A stretch of 63,793 bases of DNA, filler included, from Octopus bimaculoides (GCF_001194135.2; 4 parts of 4 records of this genome joined end to end with filler, not necessarily neighbours in it), one strand, 5' to 3'; counted from the whole stretch's first letter, positions 12,273 to 24,632 are shown. Notes: generated by a model not told the origin, from the sequence alone. A program made the numbers and translations.

Positions 12273-13209
12273 CGCGCGCGGTGTTTTCCCCTATATCATG
12301 AATTTACATCTAAATCTCCCTGATATTACTTTCGTTACACTATATCATATTTTCAATCTTGATAAATTATGTAATTTCAGCTGACACTAACATTATATCT
12401 TAATATATTAAATATCGCACCGATATATCTACCAGATATTATATTAGATAACATATATATGTATGCGTTTCAGTGAGTGTATACATAATGGAGACAACTA
12501 TTTTTGATNNNNNNNNNNNNNNNNNNNNNNNNNNNNNNNNNNNNNNNNNNNNNNNNNNNNNNNNNNNNNNNNNNNNNNNNNNNNNNNNNNNNNNNNNNNN
12601 NNNNNNNNNNNNNNNNNNNNNNNNNNNNNNNNNNNNNNNNNNNNNNNNNNNNNNNNNNNNNNNNNNNNNNNNNNNNNNNNNNNNNNNNNNNNNNNNNNNN
12701 NNNNNNNNNNNNNNNNNNNNNNNNNNNNNNNNNNNNNNNNNNNNNNNNNNNNNNNNNNNNNNNNNNNNNNNNNNNNNNNNNATATTCGAGTATGTGCGTG
12801 TGTAATAGTATATATCCTGATAAAGAATACCGTAGTTATATCTAATATCTTAATACGGTTACACCTCCCCTGTGATTATATCTCTAAATATATTTCACTA
12901 CAGTTAAAATATTTGACATCACACCCATCACCTAATATAACTGGACTGTATTCATCACACATTTCTTCTATAATATTAAGAGGAGTGAAGTTCTGCTAAT
13001 TAGATGAGCTTTGTATCCAGGGGTGCTAAGACTCTAGTCAGAACCCTACAAAATACACCAAACCACCAAGCTACCTACATACGGCTTGTTTTTGGCGTGT
13101 AAACTAGACGGAATCCACCCCACTCCATATTTAACCACAGCCACCGATTCATTACATCTTACTGACCTTCATCGGAGCTGAACTCCAGGTCGTTAGAGTT
13201 CGATCTGGG

Positions 13210-13434
13210 AGCTGGCAGAAATGTTAGCACGCTGGGCGAAATGCTTAGTGGTATTTCGTCTGCTGCTACGTTCTGAGTTCAAATTCCGCCGTGGTCGACT
13301 TTGCCTTTCATCCTTTCGGGGTCGATTAAATAAGTACCAGTTATGCACTGGGTCGATATAATCAACTTAATCCGTTTGTCTGTCCTTGTTTGTCCCTTCT
13401 GTGTGGCCCATTGGGGGCAGTAAAGAAATAAGAA
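13210..13434 (+). mobile_element. tRNA-derived SINE family B, alternative-tail variant, with TSD
   Basis: gctggcagaaatgttagcacg...gagttcaaattcc (B box); flanked by ttcgatctggga at 13199-13210 and 13435-13446. Confidence 0.9.
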
Positions 13435-13680
13435 TTCGATCTGGGAAATATTTCTATTCTAAACTGATAACTTTGTCATGAAAGTCATCTGTCTAGTGGG
13501 GCTGTGCTCACATTGAATCCTCTATGTGTGTTTTGTCTTGTTTTGTCTTTTTGTTTTGTTTTGTTTTGTTTTTTGCTCCAGCTGAAGCGGTTTAAGTGGA
13601 TATGACACTTACAGCTACATGTAAGACATTAAGGAGATGTACTACTTCTATCCAAAACATTCTCTCTCTCTCTCTGTCTC

Positions 13681-13717
13681 TCACACACACGCACACACGC
13701 ACGCACACACACACACA

Positions 13718-13790
<73 letters not shown>
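13681..13790. repeat. (CA)n microsatellite
   Basis: Direct inspection. Confidence 0.95.
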
Positions 13791-14556
13791 ACACATGTAC
13801 AAAACTAAGAGAAAATAGCAGTCAAATAGTTGTATTGAAGCTGAAAAACTTTAAAACTTCACAAATACCTAGCTGATGATCGGTTACCTGAAACTCTGTG
13901 TAACAGTTTATGATATATTTTTTTAACATTAGATAAGATATCATCATGCGTGTGTGTGTGTGTGTGTGTGTGTTACCTATCATGTTTTGCTGTTCTTACA
14001 TGGTCACACCAGACTTTACATACTGTTATCACCACTACCACCACAACCACCACCACTCTAACCATGTCACTTTATCACCTGAAGTGCGGAAGATGAGAAT
14101 ATTGTGTATGGAGCTGCGCTGTTCAGGTAAAGAAAGACATAGCAAGGTTCTGGTCGATACACATTAATATCAATTCTGATATCCTATCACGCCCAATATC
14201 TATAAATCCTACAACTACTCCCATTTTTTAAACATTCTCTCCTCCTGCTTCTTTATTTCTTCATTTCTATCTCTACTTCATTCATGTTTTCAATAGTTTC
14301 TCTCGCACTACCCCTATCATCCACTGCCCCGCTCCTATTGTTGTTTTTGTTGTCGTCGTCGTCGTTGTATCGGAACGAAAGTGACGATCTACTGACCTGT
14401 TGTCGTTACCAACCAAGGGAGTTAAAGCTGTCCTCATCATCTAAGTATCAACTTCAACAGAATATTGGGTCAAAACTGAGAGAAACGAAAGAAATGCTGA
14501 AAGACCTTGCCCCAACTAATCAGATTAGATTTACAGCTTAAAACCACTCTTTCCAT

Positions 14557-14610
<54 letters not shown>

Positions 14611-15480
14611 ACATACGCTCGCGCGTATACACACATGCACACATGCACATTATTCTATCTCTTGGTTCTTGTAGTCTATTTTTTTTTTTTGTTTCTGCCT
14701 TTTTTTTTACTTGTACAGGACCTGAGCACTGTATACAACAATTTCCTTCATTATATGATAGTTGGATGGGTACTTATGTATGTATATAGATAAATATTGA
14801 TGAGAGTCATTTACTCCCCTCTCTACACACACGCGCGCACATAGACATTCAATTCGTACATGCGTATGTGCGCGCGTGTGTAGGTATGTGTGAACAACCC
14901 TGTCTTTCTCGATCTCTCACGTCTTTCTCTCATACATCTTCTTTCCCTCCCTGTCTCTCTGTCTCCCCCTCTCTCTTTCACTGTCTCTTTCTCACCTGCC
15001 TTTCTTTTTCTTTTATCAGTTTTACACAATTCATTACCTGCGGGACCATCCAGCCAAATTTGTTCTCTTTCAAGTAATCTTTGGCTGTATGTATGCTTGA
15101 CCAAGACTAATCCGAGGTGAAACAACTACTACAATTACATTCAATGGCATTTGGCTCGGAGGGTAGGGGATAGCTACTGGATGGGTGACTTCAACAGAAA
15201 CCCATTGTCTGAACAGTGGTGTCATGCTCCAAAATGGTCCACACACCCTTATCGTCCTTTTAATCTTATGATTTTTCTTCTCCTTCCCGACTGATTTCCA
15301 CCCCAGCCACGCTTCATCAGCAACCACAGAGGCATTATTCACTTGACCCCTCCTCATTCTTCCTTCGGTCTCACCTCACCCCACACCGGACTATGCCGTC
15401 ATTATCCATGTCGCTGTTGTTGATGATCTTTAGTTATGATGTTAATATTGCTAACCTGCACACGTAAACAAAAGCAGAGT

Positions 15481-15715
15481 ATTGTAATCCCTCGTCTTCG
15501 TCTGTTTGTCTGTGTTTGCAAAATTATTGGAAAACGGCTCTACGGATTTTCATCAAATTTGGCAAAAATACTCATTGGGTGAGTGGCTCGAAATGATGAA
15601 AATTTCGTTTCATTACCTTGAAAACTAACGGACGGGTGAATCAAAATGCCATGACTTTTTTTGCGAAAGAATTTATGTGCACGCAGGGTATGCTTCGTTT
15701 TGGCATTTTCTCAGC
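15481..15715 (+). mobile_element. HINE/DINE-1-like (Helentron-associated) non-autonomous element
   Basis: tgtaatccctcg..gtctgtttgtctgt..aaaacggctctacggattttcatcaaattt and the end gcagggtatgcttcgttt resemble the HINE/DINE-1 layout (recalled pattern). Confidence 0.5.
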
Positions 15716-16565
15716 ACAACAATCTATTACTAACACATAAAAACATGTATTATGTCTATTAACTATTATTTATCTCTCGCCAGATGGAGTACTTTATATA
15801 TATATATATATATATATATANNNNNNNNNNNNNNNNNNNNNNNNNNNNNNNNNNNNNNNNNNNNNNNNNNNNNNNNNNNNNNNNNNNNNNNNNNNNNNNN
15901 NNNNNNNNNNNNNNNNNNNNNNNNNNNNNNNNNNNNNNNNNNNNNNNNNNNNNNNNNNNNNNNNNNNNNNNNNNNNNNNNNNNNNNNNNNNNNNNNNNNN
16001 NNNNNNNNNNNNNNNNNNNNNNNNNNNNNGACTCTGCGTGTGTGTGTGTGTACAGTGATGGATTCAAGGGTTTCGTTTATTTATGAGTTGATTTCTTAAT
16101 TTCACCTTAATACTTACAATAGTGATAATTTAAAAAAAACTAAATAAATTTTTTTAATCGAACTTATTTTAAAATCGAACATATTATTTATATTCTACAA
16201 CGAATTACAGTACGTTTAATTCGCCTACCATCACTGAAAAACGTTGAAAACACTTCTCAAATTCTATGCAATATTTTTTATAAGTATTTCATTTTGCTCA
16301 CTTTCTATTTGATAATAATTATCATTTGGATAATCATTTATTTAGTCATATGCAAATTTCCCTCATATGCGTTTGGCGTAGACATCGATCAAATCTACTT
16401 TTAGCTGTCATCTTACTTAAGTTTTTAATCCTGTTTTAGTCAAACACTTACAAAGCGTAATTCAGTTCAATCAAAAAGCATGGGTAACCATCGCACTGAA
16501 CGCCACACTACAATCAATTTGCGACAAAAATTATCTCCGATGCCTTTTTTCATTGTCGCTGTGGT

Positions 16566-16780
16566 AAAGCGACGAACTGGCAGAAGCGTAAGCATGCCGG
16601 TCAAAATGCTCAGTGGTATTTTGCCCGTCTATCGCTCTGAGTTTAAATTCCACTGAGGTCGATTTTGGCTTCATTATTTTGGGGTCGATGAAATAAGTAC
16701 TATTTGAGCGCTGGAGTCGATGTAATCGACTTACCCACTTCCCTGAAGTTGCTAGCTTTGTGTCAAAATTTGAAACCAAT
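16566..16780 (+). mobile_element. SINE family B, older copy
   Basis: aaagcgacgaactggcagaagc...ctgagtttaaattccactgaggtcga...aaatttgaaaccaat. Confidence 0.85.
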
Positions 16781-17191
16781 TTTGCTTCTGTTATTGACTC
16801 AGCAAACTTGTGATCAAAAACATAATCATCCCGTTTATCTTTTTCAGGCATTGTGTATCTAAGACTACCACTAGCAGCACATACTTTTATTTGAGAGAGA
16901 GAAAAGGCATAAAAATTTTGAGAGAAAGAGAAAGAAAGACGGAAGGCAAGTGAGGATGATTTGGCTGTTATTCCTCATATGGAATCACTGCTCCCTCGTT
17001 GCTTCTCAGAGAACCTTCTAATTGTTAAAGGGTTAAGGGCAATTTATGCGTGATTCTTTCCCCAATCCTTCTCTACAAAATTGTCGCCTTTCTCAGAGGC
17101 CGTCCCCTCTCTCCTCTCTCCTTCAGGCAGCCATGTATTCTGTCTCTGTTATATTCCACCAATTGATGACTCTTAATATAGTCATCCTAAT

Positions 17192-17377
17192 AAAGGCAGC
17201 AAGCTGGTAGAATCGTTACGCGTCGGGCAAAATGCTTAGCAGTGTTTCGTCTGTCCTTATGTTTTGAGTTCAATTTCCACCGAGGTCGACTTTGCTTTTC
17301 ACCCTTTCACTGGGGTCGATGTAATCGACTTATACTCTCCTCAAAATTACTGGCCTTGTACCAAAATTTGAAACCAA
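17192..17377 (+). mobile_element. SINE family B, older copy with internal deletion
   Basis: aaaggcagcaagctggtagaatcgtt...gagttcaatttcc...aaatttgaaaccaa. Confidence 0.85.
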
Positions 17378-17431
17378 ACATCATCACTAACATCAGTAAC
17401 TACCAAAATCCTAATCTTTCCTCTCAATCTT

Positions 17432-17640
17432 TTCTACTCTAGGCACAAGGCCCGAAATTTTGGAGGAGGGGGCCAGTCGATTAGATCGGCTCCAGTACGC
17501 AACTGGTACTTAATTTATCGACCCCGAAAGGATAAAAGGTAAAGTTGACCTCGGTGGAATTTGAACTCAGAACGTAAAGACAGACGAAATACCGCTAAGC
17601 ATTTCGCCCGGCGTGCTAACGTTTCTGCCAGTTCGCCGCC
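17432..17640 (-). mobile_element. SINE family B, full-length young copy with TSD
   Basis: Reverse complement of the 26203-26418 type; ttcctctcaatctt at 17418-17431 and 17641-17654. Confidence 0.92.
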
Positions 17641-17902
17641 TTCCTCTCAATCTTATCACCCCTACACAGACACACCAACACTAATAATGAAATCACACTC
17701 AACAATCTTAAAGTAGAAGGAAGTTCATTGGTTAATATTGTCTTACATATGCTGTTCGAGAATATTCAGGGCTGTTGCGCCTTTGCCCATGGGTGCGCTT
17801 AGTCAGGACTTACCAGGTGTTATTCAGCTTCTACTACAGCACAGCAACTTCCTACACTACAACCACACCCAACTTTGACATCAACACTAATAAACAAAAT
17901 AT

Positions 17903-18075
17903 GTGGGTTTGACCATCACCACCACACCATTGCAATTATACCTTCAGTACCACCATAAGGCTACCGCCATCACCGCCACAATCACCATCACCAACATCAC
18001 CATCAATACTACCATCACTACCACCACCATCACCATTAATACTACCACTACCATTACGACGACCACCACTAATTT
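17903..18075. repeat. (ACC/ATC/ACT)n low-complexity tract
   Basis: Direct inspection; explains the Thr/Ile-rich ORF. Confidence 0.85.
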
Positions 18076-18365
18076 CTCGTCTTACAGACTTGTTTAGAAC
18101 ACAGTTAATTATTCATCTACCTCATTCCCTCATACCTGCTCTCTGAACCAATATTACTACGCCATTGCACGTAACATGAATTTAATAATGCACTGTACAT
18201 TGTTGTGTGACCACTGCACCTTCTCAGGCAGATATGTTACAGCGTTAATCGACCGCTCATCTCCCAATGTCTAGATAGATTACGATTGTACATTGTAACC
18301 TAAGAACGGCTATCAATGCCGAGCATTTTAGCAGGCGAATGTAACATGAGACTTACTTATATATC

Positions 18366-18585
18366 TTTGACTCGTTTCAGTCATTAGACAGCGGCCATAC
18401 TGGGACACTGCCTTGAAGAATTTTCAGCCGAACGAAATTATCCCAGTACTTTTCTTTTAAGCCTGGCACTTATTTCATCGGGATCTTAGGCTGAACCGGT
18501 AACTTACGGGGACATAAACGCACCGATACCGGTTGTAAAGCGGTGGTGAGAAGCAAAATACAGGTACACACAAGCATACGCGCGC
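18366..18585 (-). mobile_element. SINE family A-related subfamily, 3' half
   Basis: gtttcagtcattagacagcggccatactgggacactgcc...gctgaaccggtaacttacggggac parallels 7626-7800. Confidence 0.75.
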
Positions 18586-18591
18586 GCGTGC

Positions 18592-18622
<31 letters not shown>

Positions 18623-19149
18623 TATATAAGTAATAATTTCAAATTTGAATACACGCCTTGTAGTATATCATTTAAAGCCCATTCACTACATTCGGCTACC
18701 TGATGTTATCAACAGTATGAATGTAAATGCCACTGGATTTATTTCAGGAATTCCTTCGTGTCCGTAGGGTTTATAAGATATAAAAGAAAGAAAATGAAAT
18801 TCACGAGATTTTTTATTATTCACTACGATCTTTTTGACCTATTGTGCACCAGTGCCTCACGTACAAACAGTTGTGGTGCATCAAAGCACCACGTTTTTTA
18901 ATCTCCGTTTCGCTTATTTCGATTAGAATACATTTTGGTAGTTGTAGTTCGCTATTCGTCTACACGGGAAACTTGAGTTATAATGAAGAACACTTCTCGT
19001 ATAAGTAATAAAGTGACTTACAAAAATGAAAAAATAAAACAAATATATAAATAAACATGTAAATCAAATAATATGCTGAACACTGACAATGAAAACAGTT
19101 AAATAAAACTATAAAACAACCATGGAGAGAACGAAAAGTAAAACACAAG

Positions 19150-21110
19150 ACACAATTGGACATTCAAAATTACCCTAAGCGATCTTTAATATTTTGACGA
19201 AGTAAAAGGTGTTGCCATGGAGAATGGCCAGCGACACCAGCTGCGACAACCACCGCACCTTGCAGGTCTCATTTCTCAGATGGGCTGCAATTATCCCGAT
19301 TTTGCAGAGGATATCAGTAGTGCGGGGTCCGAGAGCACCTAATGTCTCAACGGCGACCAGCATCCGGTTAGGCTCCTCTATTTGTTTATCTTCTCCTCTA
19401 CATTACAGGCGACGACACCCGGGTCGATGAAGCAAGGTTGGAGCCGGAGAACTTTTTGCAGTACGTCGTATTAGGGTTATTTCGTCGGGTCACTTACCAT
19501 CCCCACAGTCATGACCTAGTGGTTCCTACGAGAAGCCAGCCGCATCGAGGTTCCTTCTAGTTGTGTCAGTCAGAGCAACATGAGGGAGAACCGGTCCGCG
19601 CGATGGCTACAGGATAATGTATGCAGACTACAACAATAATGTATGCAACTACTGCCCCACAACAGCAATTGTACGGTTCACATACAAGGCAACTTTGAGG
19701 CTGGGCGAATCCGATATGAATGCACACATCATTAAGAAGCGTACCTGTTATTGAGGAGGGCACCGAATTGAGCCACACGCCGCTATTTGGCTGCGAGGCA
19801 GAACGGAGGCAAGCAAGACAGTGCTGGTCTAAGGATGTCTCATTCTGCCTGAAGGCAGATTTGCATTTAATGTTGTCGCAGTTACGTTGGACATCTGTAT
19901 TGTAGGGGATGGCAAGGCCTTCAACGGTCCAACTGGCTAGAGCTGAATCCAGTTCGTGGACCACATTGGATTCAGCTAACTCGCGAGGTATCTCACCGGT
20001 GAGGATGCGGCTGGGAGAGATTGAGTTAAGATAGGCCGGCAGAGCCAGGGCCAATGCGGAACAGAGGCCAAGGCCATCGAATTTAGGAGGTAGTTTAGCC
20101 TGTTGCCAGCCGGCGCTGTCAAAACTAACATTGCAGATCAGTTCAGCACAGCGCCGGATAGTGTCATTGATATCGCCGAGAGAGTGATATGGTGCACTGC
20201 GTAACGAGAATAGGAGCTTAAGCAAGGCAAGGCAATTCTTCAAACAGAAGAGCACCGGGTGCGCATCAATAAGGTGCAATCTCTCAGTCTTCCTAGACGA
20301 GACTGCAAGCTTGTTCTCCAGGCACTCTGGTATGACTTTCGGAGAATTAGGGAGCCAAGAGCGCAGACAACGTCCCTTGGTGTCAGCCGAAACCCGTCAA
20401 AGACAGGCTGGATGCTGAATGCGGCATTCTCGAATTCAGCCTCACTTTAGTTCATGTTTATCGTTCTCAACTTGGATAGGTTAATCTCAAGCCCGAAGAG
20501 CTTTAGGGCTGGGAAGATCTGTTGAAGGTCCCCAACTGAGCCCAGTCACCCAAGATCACATCATCCAGGTACCAAACATTGACGGGTGAGTGGACTGATC
20601 GAGCAACATCATCGACAGCCAACTCAAAAGGAGCGGACCAAGAGGGTCACCTCAGTAGGCACCTGTGGAAGGAAAATCCTGTTAGCAGCCACGAGCGTGC
20701 TGGGCGTTCTATAGGAGAAGTATGTAAGTGGGTGTAGTGAGGGAGAACGTCTTAGACACGTCTTCAAGATATGGTTCCGCTAAACTCCACCTGCCCTCCG
20801 GAACCTAAGAAGAAAAGTGGGAAAACTTAATAATTTATTCCAGTTTGCGGGCATGTGCCTGGTCTATTCTCCGCATCTGCCTGAGGCGAGAGATCGACAT
20901 CAAGACGTTCTCCGAGGTGTGTGGGGTCAATTACCCCATGACGCATCTCTGTCTCCGCCCGTAATGTTAAGAGAGATATCCCTCCTCCAAAGCTTAGGCA
21001 ACCCGAGCAGTGCCTCAGTTGTAGATATTCCGCGGTGCGTCGAGTGAGTTTGCCACAAGAGAGGTGGAAGAAATTTCTAGTTAGAACACTTTCTTCCCTG
21101 CTTCAACCTA
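19150..21110 (-). mobile_element. CRE-clade-like non-LTR retrotransposon (RT plus RLE), decayed
   Basis: GDPLGPLL and VNVWYLDDVILG (RT, ~20550-20655); QAKLPPKFDGLGL, SGVWLNSVPSSITGTLLND, CEPYNCCCGA (thumb/zinc region); VAVETLGALGP...LSQLVSLAILHGN (RLE C-terminus typical of CRE); frameshifts and stops. Confidence 0.8.
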
Positions 21111-21317
21111 GGAGTCTGAGCAATGTCCTATTTGTGTCACACACAATAGGCGGAAGAAGGGAGGAAAGTCCTCTAACTGTAACAATTTCTCCCACTTTCT
21201 TATGTCAAATTCATGTGTGTGCGTGGGCGTGTGTGTATGGGCGTGTGTGTGGATAAAAGTATATATGATCATATACGAGGTAGTATCACAAGGTTCCCGG
21301 ACTAGTTATGTTTAAGA

Positions 21318-21377
<60 letters not shown>

Positions 21378-21547
21378 TTTCTTTTTCTTTTTTTCTTAAA
21401 TACATGTTTTACCTGTGAATTTGCGTGTGTAAACTGGGAATGCATACAACGAGTTTCTCTGCCCTAGGTGTACGGAAAACACTCGGCGAGAAATGGAAGA
21501 AAATTTGAAGAAAGAAGAAAAAAAAACAACAACATAATAATAATAAT

Positions 21548-21927
21548 GCAGTACCAGGCAGTGGCTCTCATGGCTTCTGATCTTAACTGATTGGAAGTGT
21601 TATCATGTACATAGTTTTGTCTTGGTATAAAAAGATGGGCNNNNNNNNNNNNNNNNNNNNNNNNNNNNNNNNNNNNNNNNNNNNNNNNNNNNNNNNNNNN
21701 NNNNNNNNNNNNNNNNNNNNNNNNNNNNNGTTGAGAGGAATTCTTTGGGGTTTGAATAATTCACCTTTGTAAACATGGGTGTTTTGTTCAACATCCTTAA
21801 ACAAACCTTATTCAGGGACCTTTTTGAGCGGGATGGGCTACTCGACCTGAAGAAAATTCTAACTGGGCCCCACCTGCGAGGTCATGCACTGTTTATCTTG
21901 ATATGAGATCACCATGTCGTGCACATA
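21548..21927. mobile_element. Non-coding dispersed repeat 'E', copy 1 (contains a gap)
   Basis: Highly similar to 50679-51118; begins directly after (TAA)n. Confidence 0.85.
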
Positions 21928-22249
21928 GTTTAGATTCTACAGGTCTGTAAATAGATTCGGCAGATGATGAAGAGACCAGCAATGGGAATTCCTGTGCGAT
22001 CAGGAGACAAAAGCGGCCTTACACCCTTGGGGTCAGCAGAGGACAAATGTGTTTGCTACTACTAGCGACCAATAAGAGCGCTGACCTTGGCTTTGAAAAG
22101 AAGCAAGTCCCTTTGTTCTATTTTTAATTACTGATAGATAAAATAATTATATATATATATATATATATACTGATATTCATCTCGTTGAATTATTGAATTT
22201 CCGAATTTGTTTCATATTTTTGGGGAGTAGATATGTAACCCCATTAACT

Positions 22250-23050
22250 AGCCCGACGAGAACGAACTGGTTAGTCTGTTCTGGAGGACATTCCGTTCGG
22301 GAACTGTTATGGACAATTTCCAGATGTCCTTGGCTTGGCAGTGCTACCGGGGGTGGGGCGCTACCGGTTCGAGATAAACTCTACAGGGAAGGATGTGCTG
22401 TCAGACGGACTCGTCTGACGTGCGAGCCGAGTGGCGAAACTGTTCTGCATGTCCTCGTTCAGTGTCCGGCATTGCACTTGTGGGATTATGTTGAACAGCT
22501 GCTGTCACGTGTGGGACGGATCCGTCTATCGACCGAGTCTGTAGTGATATTCGAACCGCCACTTACCTTCAATCGGGCAGGCAAGGCTGTTTTCCTTTGC
22601 CTGGTGGCTGTAGCGAAAGAAGTTGTTTGGTGGACAAGGCTGAAAGGTATGAGGACAGACATATTCCTCTTTGGCAGAATTCTGATAAGCTTTTGAGTGA
22701 GTTTATTGAAAAGTGGGTGAAAGTCGCAAAAATGGTAAGAGTGGATGGTACCTCTCTATGTGTAGACCTGTGAATAGGAGAGAATGAATTGGAGCGGGCA
22801 CTTGCTCCTAGGTTTTCAAGAAAATCTCCTCGATTATCCCTAGAGGCCTTCCTGTATCAGGAGGGCCACACTCTATCATCCGCCCGCCATTTTTTTTTTA
22901 CCTTTGTATGCTATGCATATGTCATTTCTTTTTCAGTGTATACCGTGTATACTTTTTATGTTTTCATTATCATATGTAATCCCCCACACTTCATGTCTGT
23001 CTCTGTATTGTCCCCCTCATCCTTTGCCCTTGTGGCAAATAAATGAAATC
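22250..23050 (+). mobile_element. Tx1/L1-like LINE 3' fragment
   Basis: DNFQMSLAWQCYRG, ALPVRDKLYR, CEPSGETVLHVLVQCP (C-terminal zinc knuckle), then a 3' UTR ending gcaaataaatgaaatc. Confidence 0.8.
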
Positions 23051-23064
23051 GTTATTATTATTAT

Positions 23065-23411
23065 TCAGTAGTCTTTTTTTTATCACGTGCTTTCATAGCA
23101 CTACCGAGCGCAGCTCTGTGTGCCTTGGGTATGTGCTGTGGTTTGTTGTGATGCTCTGTATTGAAAGTATTTTACGTAGAATGTTTGCCGGTGCCTAGTA
23201 GTGCAATTTTTTGTATGTTATATATACTCGTTAGTCCTGATGTTTTTGCTATGTATTTGTCTGAATATCTTTTTATCATACCTAATGCGCCTACTATGAT
23301 AGGAATCGTTTCTGTTTTTAGACACCATATTCAAGTTACCTCTATTTCCAGATCTTTGTATTTTGAAAGTTTCTCTGTTTCTCTTAGAGAAACATTGTCA
23401 TCTGTTGGTTA
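23065..23411 (-). mobile_element. R4/Dong-like family D1, 5'-truncated 3' end
   Basis: Reverse complement matches 46760-47108 (RLE C-terminus plus 3' UTR ending actactga); followed by (TAA)n on its own strand. Confidence 0.9.
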
Positions 23412-23412
23412 C

Positions 23413-23493
<81 letters not shown>

Positions 23494-23517
23494 TATTATT
23501 ATTATTATTATTATTAT
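23413..23517. repeat. (CAT)n grading into (TAT)n microsatellite
   Basis: Direct inspection. Confidence 0.95.
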
Positions 23518-23533
23518 AAAAAATAAAGAAAAG

Positions 23534-23790
23534 AAGGCGGCGAGCTGGCAGAATCGTTAACACGCCGGGCGAAATGCTTAGCAGTATTTCGTCTGTCGTA
23601 ACGTTCGGAGTTCAAATTTCGCTGAGGTCAACTTTGCCTTTCATCATTTCGAGGTCGATGAATTAGGTACCAGCTGGGGTCGATGTAATTGACTAATCCC
23701 TCACCCCAAATTTAGTACCGACTGGGGTCGATGTAATCGACTAATCCCTCACCCCAAATTTGAGGCCTTGTACTTCCAGTAGAAAGTATT
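23534..23790 (+). mobile_element. SINE family B with internal ~45-bp tandem duplication
   Basis: aaggcggcgagctggcagaatcg head; ctggggtcgatgtaat.gactaatccctcaccccaaattt occurs twice. Confidence 0.9.
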
Positions 23791-23821
23791 CTTCTTCTTA
23801 TTATTATTATTATTATTATTT

Positions 23822-23956
23822 TCCGCCGAGGTTGACTTTACCTTTCATCCTTTCGGGGGTTGATGAAATAAGTACCAGCTGAACACTGGAGTCGATGTAA
23901 TCGATGAATCCCCTCCCTTAAATTTGCTGCCCTAGTGGCAAAATTTGAAGCCATTG
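23822..23956 (+). mobile_element. SINE family B, 5'-truncated older copy
   Basis: ccgccgaggttgacttt...aaatttgaagccatt. Confidence 0.8.
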
Positions 23957-23972
23957 TTGTTATTGTTGTTGT

Positions 23973-24077
23973 GAGGACGCATTGCCTTGAGCTGCAGTTA
24001 CGATCGTATGATCGGGGTTTCAATTCCAAGTCCGGGTGGTGCGTTGTGTTCTTAAGCAAAACACTTCATCTCACTTT
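23973..24077 (+). mobile_element. SINE family C-like tRNA head fragment
   Basis: gaggacgcattgcc...gatcggggtttcaattccaagtccggg parallels the head at 36710. Confidence 0.6.
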
Positions 24078-24584
24078 ACTGAATAAACAACCTTGAAAAT
24101 TAAGATGAAATAATATGGATGGAGAAAAGTGAAAATGCAATACATACAAACCAATGTCAAATGTGTAAAATATATCACAAGGAAAAGTTCAAAACTAATT
24201 AGATTGAAATGTCAGTGTAAGAAAGAAAGAGACAAACAAATAAATAATCATTCTAAAATGAAAACAAATATTATATTCCGAAACATTGAATAGTAATCAT
24301 AATCAGACGGCGAATTAAAGGGAGTTAATGAGAAAATAGAAAAAACACTTAAGAAAATCTATACGATTTTGACAAGATATGCATACATGCTAGTATGTGC
24401 GTGTGTGTGTGTATGTGTGTGTGTATGTGTGTGTGTGTGTGTGTGTTTTGTAAGTAATAATATTTTATAAGCTTAATGCTTATACTATANNNNNNNNNNN
24501 NNNNNNNNNNNNNNNNNNNNNNNNNNNNNNNGAGGGAGAGGGGGAGAGGGGGAGAGAGTTTTTAGGTAGCTAGGTAAGAAGGTA

Positions 24585-24632
24585 GTAGGTAGGTAGATAG
24601 GTAGGTAGGTAGGTAGGTAGGTAGGTAGGTAG
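24585..24632. repeat. (GGTA)n microsatellite
   Basis: Direct inspection. Confidence 0.9.
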
